Source: Thraustochytrium aureum
Taxonomy: Eukaryota
DNA: 51,089 nt
Assembly: GCA_012862495.1 (NCBI GenBank)
Contig: BLSG01000438.1
Coordinates: 16,211 to 67,299 of the forward strand
Direction: 5' to 3'
The notes below the pieces were generated by a model that worked only from the letters and a program-made list of their open reading frames with translations, searched no databases and was not told where the DNA came from. Positions 10,501-21,494 of this stretch are shown here, piece by piece. Numbering within the stretch: position 1 is the stretch's first letter; every line of letters starts with the position of its first letter. Made by a program: the position numbers and the translations under genes.

Positions 10501-12181
10501 AATGGTTCGGCAGAGAACGCAGAGTCTTAGGGTCGTTGCGTGCGGGTTTTGTGTCAGCGGGGCTCTGAAATGTGACATCCTCCCCAGGTTGCGAGGGGCT
10601 GTGGGGGGCGTCGCACCCAAGCCGTGATAGTTGGGCCCTCGCTTGGCTGTTTGCAGTCTTCGCGCCCGTTGTGCCCTGGTGCCTGTTGAAATGCTGGGCC
10701 TGCGCCGACGGCGCGAGGAATTGAGCAGCTCCACCAGGTGGCAGCGAAGGCAGACCAGCCACATGGTTGGTCTCAGTAGACGGGTGAGCTGATCTCTGTG
10801 ATAGACCACCTGTCTGTGACTGTTGCGGGAGAATCGTGGGACCCTGAGCAGGGACTAAAAGAGGCCACGAATCTTGGGCTCTCGTTTGGCTGTTTGCAGG
10901 TTTCGCACCAAACGATTCAAGGTTTGTGGCGTCCTCCTGTGGCAGCAGGGCTGACGTAGAGCGCTGCGAAACCTCAAACCCAAGCGCTGAGGTTTGGTCC
11001 GCCATTTGGTGGTTTGCACCCTTCGCGCCAGTTGGAACCGGAGACACATCAGTTACAGTTTGCAAAGGTCGCGCGTGGTCCTGGCTGCAACCTTCCGCCG
11101 TCGCCTGGGCTTCTGCCCGGTCCGAGGCGCCTAGCGGGTGGGTTCTGCCGTCCTGCATCTGCGAGGGCGGTGCAAGGTGCAGGCCCTGAGCCCCTCCTGC
11201 CTTGCTCTGCGCGTTGACGCCGGCTGGCCCCTTGCTTGCGCCGGCGTGAGCCTTCGCCGATGGCGCGGGGTTTCGGCAAGCTACATCGGCATGCGCCGAA
11301 CCCGGCTTGTTTGCAAGCGCAACTCCCCCCGGAGTCTGACAGTTGTCATGTGTGCGTGCAAGGGCTTTGGGATGTGCACAGCACCCCAACGGCCCCGGTG
11401 CCATACCCATCGGATCCCCTCGGCTGCTCAAAACGTTGTCGGCTCTCACATAGATCTCGCGAGCACCTCCTCCTTGGGCCTGCACGTGTGGCCCCGAGAA
11501 CGCTGCAGCATGAGGTGGTGGTGGCGGCGGCGGGGAAGACGCTTTGCTCGAAGGTGCAGAAGCAGCGCGAGCGGCTGCCGAGCTTTGGGCCCAACTACGA
11601 GCGCCCAACGCTTTGCCTCCAGGCTTGCACCTGGCCCCCTGTCGTTGATTTTTTGCTTGGCGGCGTGTGCCCTTGGCAGACTTTCAGGGTTGCGACACGC
11701 CTGGCCTTGAGGTCGGCCCACCAAGCGAAGGGCAGTTTTGGTGAAACTGGTTTTGCGGCGTGGAGATGGGAAGTTGCACATCCTGGTGGACCTGGTTGTG
11801 CGGAGGGCGTCCCTGCTCGTGCGTTGTTTGCACGGTGCAGTAGCCAGAGCCATTGTGTGCAGCGAGAGAGTACGCGCTGCGGTACGGCTCATAGCTAGGG
11901 GCGCCGCGAGTACTCCATGCCGCATAGTTGGCGGCCAAGTAGAGGTCTGTGCCGACAAAGTCGCCGCTAGTCCCGTTGACAAAGGCGACCCGCGCAATCC
12001 CGCTGGCCGGGTCAAGCTTTGTAACGGTCCCAAAGTCCAGCCCGCCACTCGCTTTGGACTTGACTGCGACCCGCGCACCGCGCCTCAGGCTTGGATATCC
12101 CATCGCGTTTGGGGTTTGCTGCTGCTGCCGCACGAGCGCGTGCCCATGTCGCTGGCCGCGGTGTCTGGGCGCTGGGTTCAT
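7564..12181 (-). CDS. Large multidomain protein: Tudor/SH3-like N-terminus, long low-complexity linker, NAA40(NatD)-like GNAT, two C2H2-type fingers, C-terminal SH3-like barrel; joined across inferred frameshifts
   Basis: GNAT at ~8490-9070 (NMQAKY..W....K..EL; VGFAAFR; YLHELQLVEQARGMGLGRSLM; LMLTVLTNNSRALDFY; YRILSK). Fingers CGRC..H.CTSH and YRCRVPLC..H..SH. ORFs 11684-12181, 9884-11608 and 7564-10257 follow one another on the same strand. Confidence 0.7.
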
Positions 12182-12413
12182 GATAAGTGCGCTGAAAGAG
12201 CCTACCGGCCTCGCCTGTGCATGTTTCGGGGCCTGCTGGACGGTGGCGACCTTTGCTAAGGCACCACGACAATGAGTGACTCCCGTTTGGCTCTCTGCGA
12301 CCTCCCGTTAGCCAAGACCTGAAGCCTCCCAACCAGCCCTGTCCGCAGCAGTGTTGCGTAGCGCGCGCTACAGCCAGGGCCCAGTCCGCGCAGCAGCGTC
12401 GGGAGGGCGTCGT

Positions 12414-12462
12414 GAGAGCGAGCGAGCGAGCGAGCGAGTGAGCGAGCGAGCGTGTGAGCGTG
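12414..12462. repeat. (GAGC)n microsatellite in an intergenic/promoter region
   Basis: gagagcgagcgagcgagcgagcgagtgagcgagcgagcg read directly. Confidence 0.8.
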
Positions 12463-13045
12463 CGTTGTCGACCACGCCCCTCGTCCGTCCCGCCCAACCG
12501 GACAACCACCACCGCCGCGGCAGGCAACCGCGCGCCCCGCCGCCCGCGCCTGCTCCTCCCCGGTCTGCGCGCAGCCACCGCGCAGGATCAGCTCAGCTCC
12601 CGACGAGCTGGAGGGATCGAGGGGTCGACGGATTGATGGCTGGGTCTCGCGCTCCAATCCAACCTGCCCTCTCACCTCCCCGCCAGCTCCAGACGCCCAA
12701 CCTCCTCCAGGCCCGCCTCAGCAGTAGCAGCAGCGGTCGCGAGTGCGCAGGGAGGCGCGCGCGGCGTGCAGGGTCAGGCAGGAGCGGGGGGCTGGCTGGC
12801 GCTGGATTGGGCGCTGCGGGAGCGGTTTTTGGCCACATCGGGCACCTCAGAGGGCCTCCCTCGCCTGGCCGCCCGCCCGCCCGCGATAACGGTCGCCGCG
12901 GCGCGCCTGGCCCGCNNNNNNNNNNNNNNNNNNNNNNNNNNNNNNNNNNNNNNNNNNNNNNNNNNNNNNNNNNNNNNNNNNNNNNNNNNNNNNNNNNNNN
13001 NNNNNNNNNNNNNNNNNNNNNNNNNNNNNNNNNNNNNNNNNNNNN

Positions 13046-14355
13046 CCGGGTCGGATGGCGACGCGGACGACGATGTGCGTCAACGCATCGCCCGCGACGG
13101 CCTTGCTGCGCTTGCCGGGCAGTCCCGGGGCGTGAAGCGGCTCCGGGAGCACAGCGAGGAGGAAGACGAGGACGAGGACGAGGAGGAGGCCAACACGTCC
13201 TGCTCGGAGGACACGGAGGCGAAGCGAGCGAAACTCGTCAGAGCCCACACGCGCGACGTGAACTACCACATCGATTACGAGCGCCCGCAGGACGCCTTTG
13301 TAAGGCAACCCACACGGCGAACGAGACCGCGAAGCAAGGGCGAGACGATTGGGGACTGCCTCGTGTACGGCGACTCGATCACGTGGGGCATGCGGGACGA
13401 TCGATTCGGGCGCAGCAAGCTAACCTGGCCAGTGTTCCTAAAGTCTCGGCTGATGCGGGTCGGGTTCCGCCTGGTCCAGAGCAACTTTCCGGAGCGGACC
13501 ACGGTGCACGAAGACAGGAACCCCCCAGATCCTTTCAAGTGGAACACGGGCACAGAGCCGCACGACTTTAACGGGCTCGACCACTTTGGGGTTGTCTTTT
13601 CCAGCCACAGCCCGCTCTGGCTCATCGTCATGCTGGGCACACACGACCTCAAAACGCGCATCCGGCTTGCGGCACTAGAAAAGCAGCGGCACGATCTCGA
13701 GTTGGAAGAGCTGTATGAGGAGGAGAACGAAAGGAGTTGTGCCGAACTGCCGAGCGACGCTGCAAGTGTTGGCGCGCCGCCCCGCCGCGACAGCGAGGAG
13801 AGCCCAGAGCAGCTCTTGGATGCACTGAAACCGACGAATGGAGAGAGCGCGAGCAGCTTGAGCAGCTCCGGCAACAGCAGCTCCGCCACAGACGGGCCAG
13901 GGGCGCGACGCAAGGAGCCCACAAAGGTTGGGTTCGATGCTACCTATGTTGCTGAAAACTGCGCAAAGATTGGGCTCAAGGCGCGCGAAATGTTCACCGG
14001 CCATTGCCATGAAGGAGACCTGCGCATTGTTCTGGTCGTCCCTCCGCCCGTTCGCCTGACCGAAGTGTCCCGGAGCCTGGGCTTTGACGAGGAGTCCGAG
14101 CGCATTGCCGCAGACTTCCCCGAGGCGTTCAGGAAGGTGTGCCGAACCAACCACTTTCTATACGCCTACGACGCAGGAATCGACATGAACGAGTCCGTCG
14201 ATGGGATCCACTTGACGAAAAAGCAACACGCCCGGCTCGCTGACTCGATATGGGAAGCCATGAAGCCCGAACTACCGCGACAGCGCCGCGCGCCAAGCCG
14301 GGTCACCTTCAACGAGAGCGGGCTTGCCTTCACCCGCTCAGACTCGCCCGAGTGA
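13046..14355 (+). CDS. SGNH/GDSL hydrolase, arylesterase-like subfamily (5' end uncertain, gap)
   Basis: Block I CLVYGDSITWG, block II NFPERTT, block III WLIVMLGTHDLK, IVLVVPPP, block V DGIHL. Confidence 0.82.
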
Positions 14356-14902
14356 GGAAGGAGCAACGGCCCGAGCGTCACCAAGCTAGTACTGTAGGGA
14401 AAAGTCTTGTTGTGCCAAGCGCGCTTGACAACCCAAAAGCGCTGTTGATTTATTCTTGCTCGTCGCGGCACTAGCTCGTTCCAAACAAAGCAAAAGCGAT
14501 CCAAAACGGGTTCCCGCAGTTTCGCGTGCCTTGGACAGCGACGACCTCCACGCCAAAGCGAGAAGAGTCGAGAGCGGGAATGCTAGAAAGTCCCGGTACT
14601 GAGCTGATTAGGGTCAGCTTGGCCGTGGGATCGTGCCGAATCTGATCGGCCCGGCGCAACAAGAAGTCGCTCTCCTTTCGCAAGGAAGGTGCGACAGACG
14701 GCGCGCGCCCGCCATCGTGGACTTGCCGGAGACTGGGTGCAGCGGCGCAGTCGCCCTGGTCTGCGATCGTGCTTGTCGACTGTGCGAAAGGCACGACCTT
14801 GGCAAAGTTCCGCCCTTTCAAAAGCCGAAGGTTGACAAAAACCGAGGCTAACTCGCTCATGCTCTGGACCTGCGAGCTAGCTCAAGCCCAAGGAAGGAAA
14901 AG

Positions 14903-15603
14903 CTACGTTCGTCGTGCTGTCGTGCGCCTCTGCTGCGCTCGATCAGAAGTGAAGTAGTCACGTGCAACGTGCAGAGGCAAGCCGACTGCTGCGGCAAAGT
15001 CGCGGTCGGCGGCGCCATGCTGACCGGGCCCCCCGACGGCATCACCGACGAAGAAACTCTCGGCCAAGTCGACCTTGTCTCGGAGCAACTCAGACGCGAA
15101 AAGGTCCACATGCCAATCCCTTCGCCTTTGCGTAGATGGTCCTTTTGCGTGGCCCCCAAGAAGCAGAGACCGTCAGGAGCCCCCAAGTCGGCGACGAGGC
15201 TGTCGACAACGAGGCGAAGCTTGGAGGCCGCCTTGCCCTGATGCGCCCCTTTAATAGTGTTCTGGTTCGAGAGCACGGCGACCTTGAAGCCGTCGTCCAG
15301 CAGGTCTAGGAGCCGCGCCCTCACCCCCGGAAACGCATACCGCCAGTCGTGGCCGTCTACGCGCATGAACGCCTTGCGCCCAGACGCGGTCTCCACGAGC
15401 GTCCCGTCGAGGTCAAACCCTGCCACCTTCGTCAGGCCATCCTCGCTGGGTCCGAACCCGTCGGACCATAGCCCGATCAAGTTGCCCTTCTCGGCGCCTC
15501 CCACGCGCTCCGACGCCCACCGCCACCTCGAAGCCTTCGTCGCGAGGCGCCTGACCTCGCGTCCAGCTCGGCATCGTCGCCAGCCCACATTTCTACCCGC
15601 CAT
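14903..15603 (-). CDS. DNA 3'-phosphatase (PNKP/TPP1/ZDP HAD domain); frameshift near 15106
   Basis: KVAGFDLDGTLVETASG, DWRYAF, GFKVAVLSNQ and RKGEGIGMW, then in the next frame SFFVGDAVG and DRDFAAAVGL, then a stop. Confidence 0.85.
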
Positions 15604-15835
15604 CCCCGCCGCCTCTAGAGCAACCAGCCCCGCGGGCAAGTACGCCCTGCGCGCGAAGGCGNNNNNNNNNNNNNNNNNNNNTGCAAAGGCACGAGCCACT
15701 GGCGTTGGGTGCTGTGTCAAATCTAGGACGCGGCCAGTGAAACTTTGATTTTTTACGGTTCCTGCCTTTCCTCTAATCGCCTATCTGCTCCTATTCCGTG
15801 AACAACTTTCCGATCGTTAGGACCTGATGTGGATG

Positions 15836-17372
15836 TCACGTCAGAAAACGTTGCTGGGAGCCACAGACGGCTTCGGCCATGGATCGCGCAACATCTTGCT
15901 CGCGCCCGTTAGTAGCATGCGCTGCATGTGTCCACACCAAATCGCAGGCGCAGGAGTAAAACTGAGATGGCGCAGGGAGATCTGAAGATTGGAAGCAAAC
16001 GATCGTGGCCGCATCTTCGCCGTAATCACTCTTATACCTTTGGAAAACGTTGCATTGTTCCACGGCTGCTTTGTACGGAGAAAGCGACCCTTGTCTACCA
16101 GCAAGCATTGGCTTTCCGTCACTTGATATCACGATGTACTTCTTTCGCACGTTGGACTCGTGCATGTATTTTCGAACATAGGCGGTGATAATGCTCGAGA
16201 ATTGAGTGTGCTTGTTCCTGCTCTTTCTCCATCGCGCGGTGTACCGATCAATCTCGCCGCGAATGACCGCCTCGTCGACTGATGGCCACGCCGAGACCTC
16301 GATACTAGCTGATATTGTGGCAAGTGCCACACGAGCACCGAGAGATCCGCCAACCTCGACATTGGAAAAGAAATGCCCAATTATCGACAACAGACGCTCG
16401 CCTTCCTCGTTACTAACGCGTTTGGCGTCCCCCGTGACGTAAAGGATGTCGGCCGCCACGCACGGAAGGTTGTCAAATTTGGGGAAATCGTAAATGCTCA
16501 CCAGACCCGGGACACGGTTCGTGCTACCGAGATGGGAATTCCAGTAGTCGTGGATAAAGAGTCTTCGACCATCTCCCGATAGCGCTAGATACGTCCCTTC
16601 TTCGCGTGGGGTATCGGTGTTAATTGTAGAGCCCATTTGCACCCACTTCCCCGATATCAGGGTGTAAACGCTGGCATTGTAATATAAACCTCCGCGCGCA
16701 TTTTGCCCCGATCCGAGTGCTATAATGTCACCATCAAACGACATTCCAACGCTGCCGTAATCCATAGTAAACATTGGATCATGGCCTGTAAGTTCGCCGA
16801 TTGTTTCCAGGTTCCATCCATGAAACGGTATAAAGCTCGGCTTTCTGGATTCTCATGAGAGGTAAAGAAGGACATTGCGAAGGTGTTCCCGTCCCCTGAT
16901 AAATAAACTCCGAAGGACACTCTGTTGCCTAAGGGCGTCGTCCACATCTCCGTCCACGCAGAATTGATAAATCGGTATATCGTCACACTGTCAGTCACGG
17001 TCACAACAGTTTGCCCATCACCGGACATTGCTTGAATGCAATAAAAATCACAGGCAAAATCTTCACCCATGAGAGTCCAGGTGTTTCCATCGAAGCGATA
17101 TATTCGATCCTGACAGTTGACAGTGCTTCCGTCGAAAGAAATGGAAGGATAAAAGCAAATGTTGTTGGACACATCACCCCCAACCTGGATCATGGCGAAG
17201 TTCCCGGCGCTTGCCTGCACCTCGATTCGATAGACACGGTTGTCAGAATAGACGAATTCTCCGTTTCCTGAAACCTCGAAATAACCCTGCGGCTTCGCGT
17301 CAGTAGATTGAGGCGAAAGCTTAAAAACTCGCTCAAGGTTCTCGAGCAAATAAAACTCCTTCGGCCGCGAGC
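15836..17372 (-). CDS. Putative beta-propeller repeat protein with C-terminal VWA-like domain; 5' end in gap, frameshift near 16801
   Basis: Recurring S.DG...Y....W..[MI]G blades (SFDGSTV, MSGDGQTV, LSGDGNTF, MSFDGDII, LSGDGRRL). These are followed by ADILYVTGDA, ARVALATIS and KYIVISSDG, which match VWA strand patterns. Confidence 0.6.
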
Positions 17373-17392
17373 TNNNNNNNNNNNNNNNNNNN

Positions 17393-18571
17393 NGGGGCCG
17401 CTGCGCCGTACGAGCCGTTTCGGGGCCCGCAGGGACCAGACGCGGTGAGCCAGGACCGACAGCGTGACGGCGCGCAGCTGCTGGGCATGCAGCGGCATCA
17501 GGGCGTGCAGCAGCACCAGAATGAGCAGCGACAGATGCCGAGCGCGGGGTTTCCTGGGGAATGGGGGGCCGGGCGTGCATGGCCAGGCTTTCCCCGGTCA
17601 AAAGCTCGCGCAAGTCTACCAGGGCGTAGACGGCCACGTTGCCCTAGGGACGATGGTCATGGCAGGCTATGGCGGCGACGCGAGCAGCGTGGGCGTCAAG
17701 AGCGAGGGCACCGGAGAAGAAGACGAGGCCGACGAGGAGTGGTTCAAGAAGCGGCGGCACAACGTCGCCCAGGCGAGTAAGAATGCGCGGCAGAAGAAGA
17801 AGAAAGAGATGGAGGTTTTGAAAGCGGAAAACAAACGGCTTCGGATGGAGCGCGCCCAGTTCCTGCAGAAGATCGAAGAGCTGATGGCAAAGGTGCAGGA
17901 GATGCGCGAGGGCGGCGACATCGACACGCACATCGAGAATGAGCTGCTGAAAGCGCAGTTGCAGGAGCACAAGAACTTTGTCGGGGCGCTGTGCCAGATG
18001 GCGCAGGGGATTCCGACCAACCAGTGCACCAAACGAAGGATTTACCAGCAGGGCGCCGACTATGCGCTCTCGCACGTGCTCTCGCTTCTGACGCGCTGCG
18101 TCAAGGAAAACCGCTCTTGGACGCGGGCGACGCTGCCTCCTGGCGTCGAGAATGAAGACTGGGCGCACGACATTGCCGGCATATGGTTTCGGTTCGTGGA
18201 GGATTTCAAGCCCGCCGCAACGTCAAATCGAATCGACTCGCACGCCGGCCACGATGGCAAGGCAGCTTTGCGAGCGCCAGCCGAGGGTGGCGAGAAAAGG
18301 AGCGCGAGTGGGCCCGCTGTGGCAGCGCACGCCAAGGAGAAACGGCGCGGGAAGAGGATCCACCTTCGCATCGACAGGTTGCTACCAGGCGTGGCTCCCG
18401 AAGAGGCTTGCAACATGTACTGGTCGTTGTGGCACGACCAGGCTTTCATGACGCAATTCTTCTCCAAGTCGGAGACAAACTACCCCACGGAGGGCCTAGA
18501 GGTGCGCTCGCTGATCCAGGACGAGATCCAGCGAGACAGCCTCGCAACGAAAAACCCGCTTGCCCCCAAGG
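17393..18571 (+). CDS. bZIP transcription factor with a downstream globular (START-like?) domain; both ends in gaps
   Basis: Basic region KKRRHNVAQASKNARQKKKKE, then zipper LKAENKRLRMERAQFLQKIEELMAKV. The Q-rich N-terminus joins after two homopolymer corrections at ~17556 and ~17563. Confidence 0.78.
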
Positions 18572-19683
18572 NNNNNNNNNNNNNNNNNNNNNNNNNNNNN
18601 NNNNNNNNNNNNNNNNNNNNNNNNNNNNNNNNNNNNNNNNNNNNNNNNNNNNNNNNNNNNNNNNNNNNNNNNNNNNNNNNNNNNNNNNNNNNNNNNNNNN
18701 NNNNNNNNNNNNNNNNNNNNNNNNNNNNNNNNNNNNNNNNNNNNNNNNNNNNNNNNNNNNNNNNNNNNNNNNNNNNNNNNNNNNNNNNNNNNNNNNNNNN
18801 NNNNNNNNNNNNNNNNNNNNNNNNNNNNNNNNNNNNNNNNNNNNNNNNNNNNNNNNNNNNNNNNNNNNNNNNNNNNNNNNNNNNNNNNNNNNNNNNNNNN
18901 NNNNNNNNNNNNNNNNNNNNNNNNNNNNNNNNNNNNNNNNNNNNNNNNNNNNNNNNNNNNNNNNNNNNNNNNNNNNNNNNNNNNNNNNNNNNNNNNNNNN
19001 NNNNNNNNNNNNNNNNNNNNNNNNNNNNNNNNNNNNNNNNNNNNNNNNNNNNNNNNNNNNNNNNNNNNNNNNNNNNNNNNNNNNNNNNNNNNNNNNNNNN
19101 NNNNNNNNNNNNNNNNNNNNNNNNNNNNNNNNNNNNNNNNNNNNNNNNNNNNNNNNNNNNNNNNNNNNNNNNNNNNNNNNNNNNNNNNNNNNNNNNNNNN
19201 NNNNNNNNNNNNNNNNNNNNNNNNNNNNNNNNNNNNNNNNNNNNNNNNNNNNNNNNNNNNNNNNNNNNNNNNNNNNNNNNNNNNNNNNNNNNNNNNNNNN
19301 NNNNNNNNNNNNNNNNNNNNNNNNNNNNNNNNNNNNNNNNNNNNNNNNNNNNNNNNNNNNNNNNNNNNNNNNNNNNNNNNNNNNNNNNNNNNNNNNNNNN
19401 NNNNNNNNNNNNNNNNNNNNNNNNNNNNNNNNNNNNNNNNNNNNNNNNNNNNNNNNNNNNNNNNNNNNNNNNNNNNNNNNNNNNNNNNNNNNNNNNNNNN
19501 NNNNNNNNNNNNNNNNNNNNNNNNNNNNNNNNNNNNNNNNNNNNNNNNNNNNNNNNNNNNNNNNNNNNNNACCAAGCTGAGGCACGTACGCAACCTACGC
19601 TAGGTCGCTCTCGCTGAACCAACGACGTCGACCCAGACGCAAGACGCAAGATCTCAGAACGTTTGGCATTTGTTGCGTTTGTT

Positions 19684-21053
19684 TCAGTCCAAATCACGGG
19701 TTACTTCGCTGACGAGCTCGTCAAACGTAACGCGCCGCGTTTCCTTGCTGCCCCGGTCTACGAGCTCAACGAGACCGCCCTTCTCGACCGTGTCCCTGCC
19801 GACGACGACGACGACCGGGACGCCAATCAGCTTTGCCTCAGAGATTCGTTTCCCGAACGAGTCGCTCCAGCGGTCATCGAGCAGGATGTCGGCGCCACGG
19901 GAAGCCGTTGCGGACCCCAGGTCTAGGGCAAGCTGCTCCGCATAGGCCGCATAGACATCCCGGTCGCCTTTGCTGCCTGGCGCGGTGACGATGACGGCAT
20001 TGAACGGGGCTATCTTACGCGGCCAAACAATCCCCTCAGCGTCGCTCCCGCCCTTGTTCTCGATGCAAGCCGCCATGAGCCGGCTCACGCCGATTCCATA
20101 GCAGGCCATCTCCATGGGCCCGGTCGACACCCCATCCGCGTTGTGGACCTGCGCGCGGAATTGCTTGGTGTACTTGTTGCCCAGCAAGAAGGCCTGGCCA
20201 ACCTCGATGCCGCGAGTGATTTGCAGCTTGCCGCGCGTTTTCTCCGCGCTGCACGAGCACTCGGGCCGGTCGCACGAGATATTCCCTGCCTTCCTGCGCA
20301 GCTCGGCTGCCGCTTCGCCACTCCCCCATGCAGCTTCCACGTTGGCGCGAAAGTCGCCCTTGTCGCAGGCGACGATGTCATCCTCGCCGATCTCTGCGAC
20401 CACCTGGAACTCGTGCGTGTAGTTGCCGCCGATCTGACCCGAGTCCGCCAGTACCTTGACAAAGTCTAGCTTGAGTGCGTTAAAGATGCGCGCGTAGGCC
20501 TCGCAGACCTGCTCGTACGTGGCCCTGGCGCAGGCGGCGTCCGCGTGGAACGTGTACAGGTCCTTCATGAGGAATTCGCGACCGCGGAGCAGACCGAACC
20601 GCGGCCGAATCTCATCCCGGTACTTTGTCGTCACCTGGTACAGCTTGAGCGGGAGCTGCTTGGGCGATCGGACCCCGAGCGAAGCGACGAGCGTGGTGAT
20701 CTCCTCCTCGAAGGTGGGTCCCAGGCAGAAGCGTGCCCCTTGCGGTCCTCCAGCCGTATCAACTCGTCGCCGTACACTTCCCAGCGCCCGGACGCCTTCC
20801 ACAGCTCCGCTGGCGACAGCAGGGGCAGCCGCAGCTTTTCCGCCGCGACAGGCTCCGCCTGGAGCTCCTTGTCCACGATGGCCTCGAGCTTGCTCAGCAC
20901 CCGCTCAGCCAGCGGGAGCATCCTGTACACGCCAGCCGCGCTCTGCTGCACATACCCGGCGCGCACGAGCAGTTCGTGGCTCTTCGCGACGGCATCGCTC
21001 GGCGCATGGCGCACGACAGGCGCCAGCACCTTGCTCCGCCGCCTCACATTCCC
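19684..21053 (-). CDS. PARS2: Prolyl-tRNA synthetase, bacterial/mitochondrial type without INS editing domain; frameshift at 20736-20739, 5' end in gap
   Basis: SHELLVRAGYVQQSAAGVY, LWKASGRW, CLGPTFEE, motif 2 KYRDEIRPRFGLLRGREFLMKDLY, GIEVGQ, motif 3 MACYGIGVSRL, and an anticodon-binding domain (DDR..G.....A.LIGVP). Confidence 0.93.
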
Positions 21054-21494
21054 NNNNNNNNNNNNNNNNNNNNNNNNNNNNNNNNNNNNNNNNNNNNNNN
21101 NNNNNNNNNNNNNNNNNNNNNNNNNNNNNNNNNNNNNNNNNNNNNNNNNNNNNNNNNNNNNNNNNNNNNNNNNNNNNNNNNNNNNNNNNNNNNNNNNNNN
21201 NNNNNNNNNNNNNNNNNNNNNNNNNNNNNNNNNNNNNNNNNNNNNNNNNNNNNNNNNNNNNNNNNNNNNNNNNNNNNNNNNNNNNNNNNNNNNNNNNNNN
21301 NNNNNNNNNNNNNNNNNNNNNNNNNNNNNNNNNNNNNNNNNNNNNNNNNNNNNNNNNNNNNNNNNNNNNNNNNNNNNNNNNNNNNNNNNNNNNNNNNNNN
21401 NNNNNNNNNNNNNNNNNCGCCTCCGGGGCGGCGCGGACGCGGCCAAGGACGCTGAGACGGTCGGCCGGCGCGTCAGGATGGGCCGACGGCGGAC

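Noticed and set aside
17470..17560. Signal-peptide-like RARHLSLLILVLLHALMPLHAQQ on the minus strand, tempting as the start of the propeller-VWA gene
   Set aside because: No in-frame ATG precedes it. It is the antisense shadow (CAG read as CTG) of the Gln-rich bZIP N-terminus and lies across a scaffold gap.
20170..20725. ProRS variants GPTFEE and GIEVGQ in place of the usual His residues
   Set aside because: The middle position of the TxE motif varies among ProRS types and the other class II motifs are intact, so this is not evidence of altered function.
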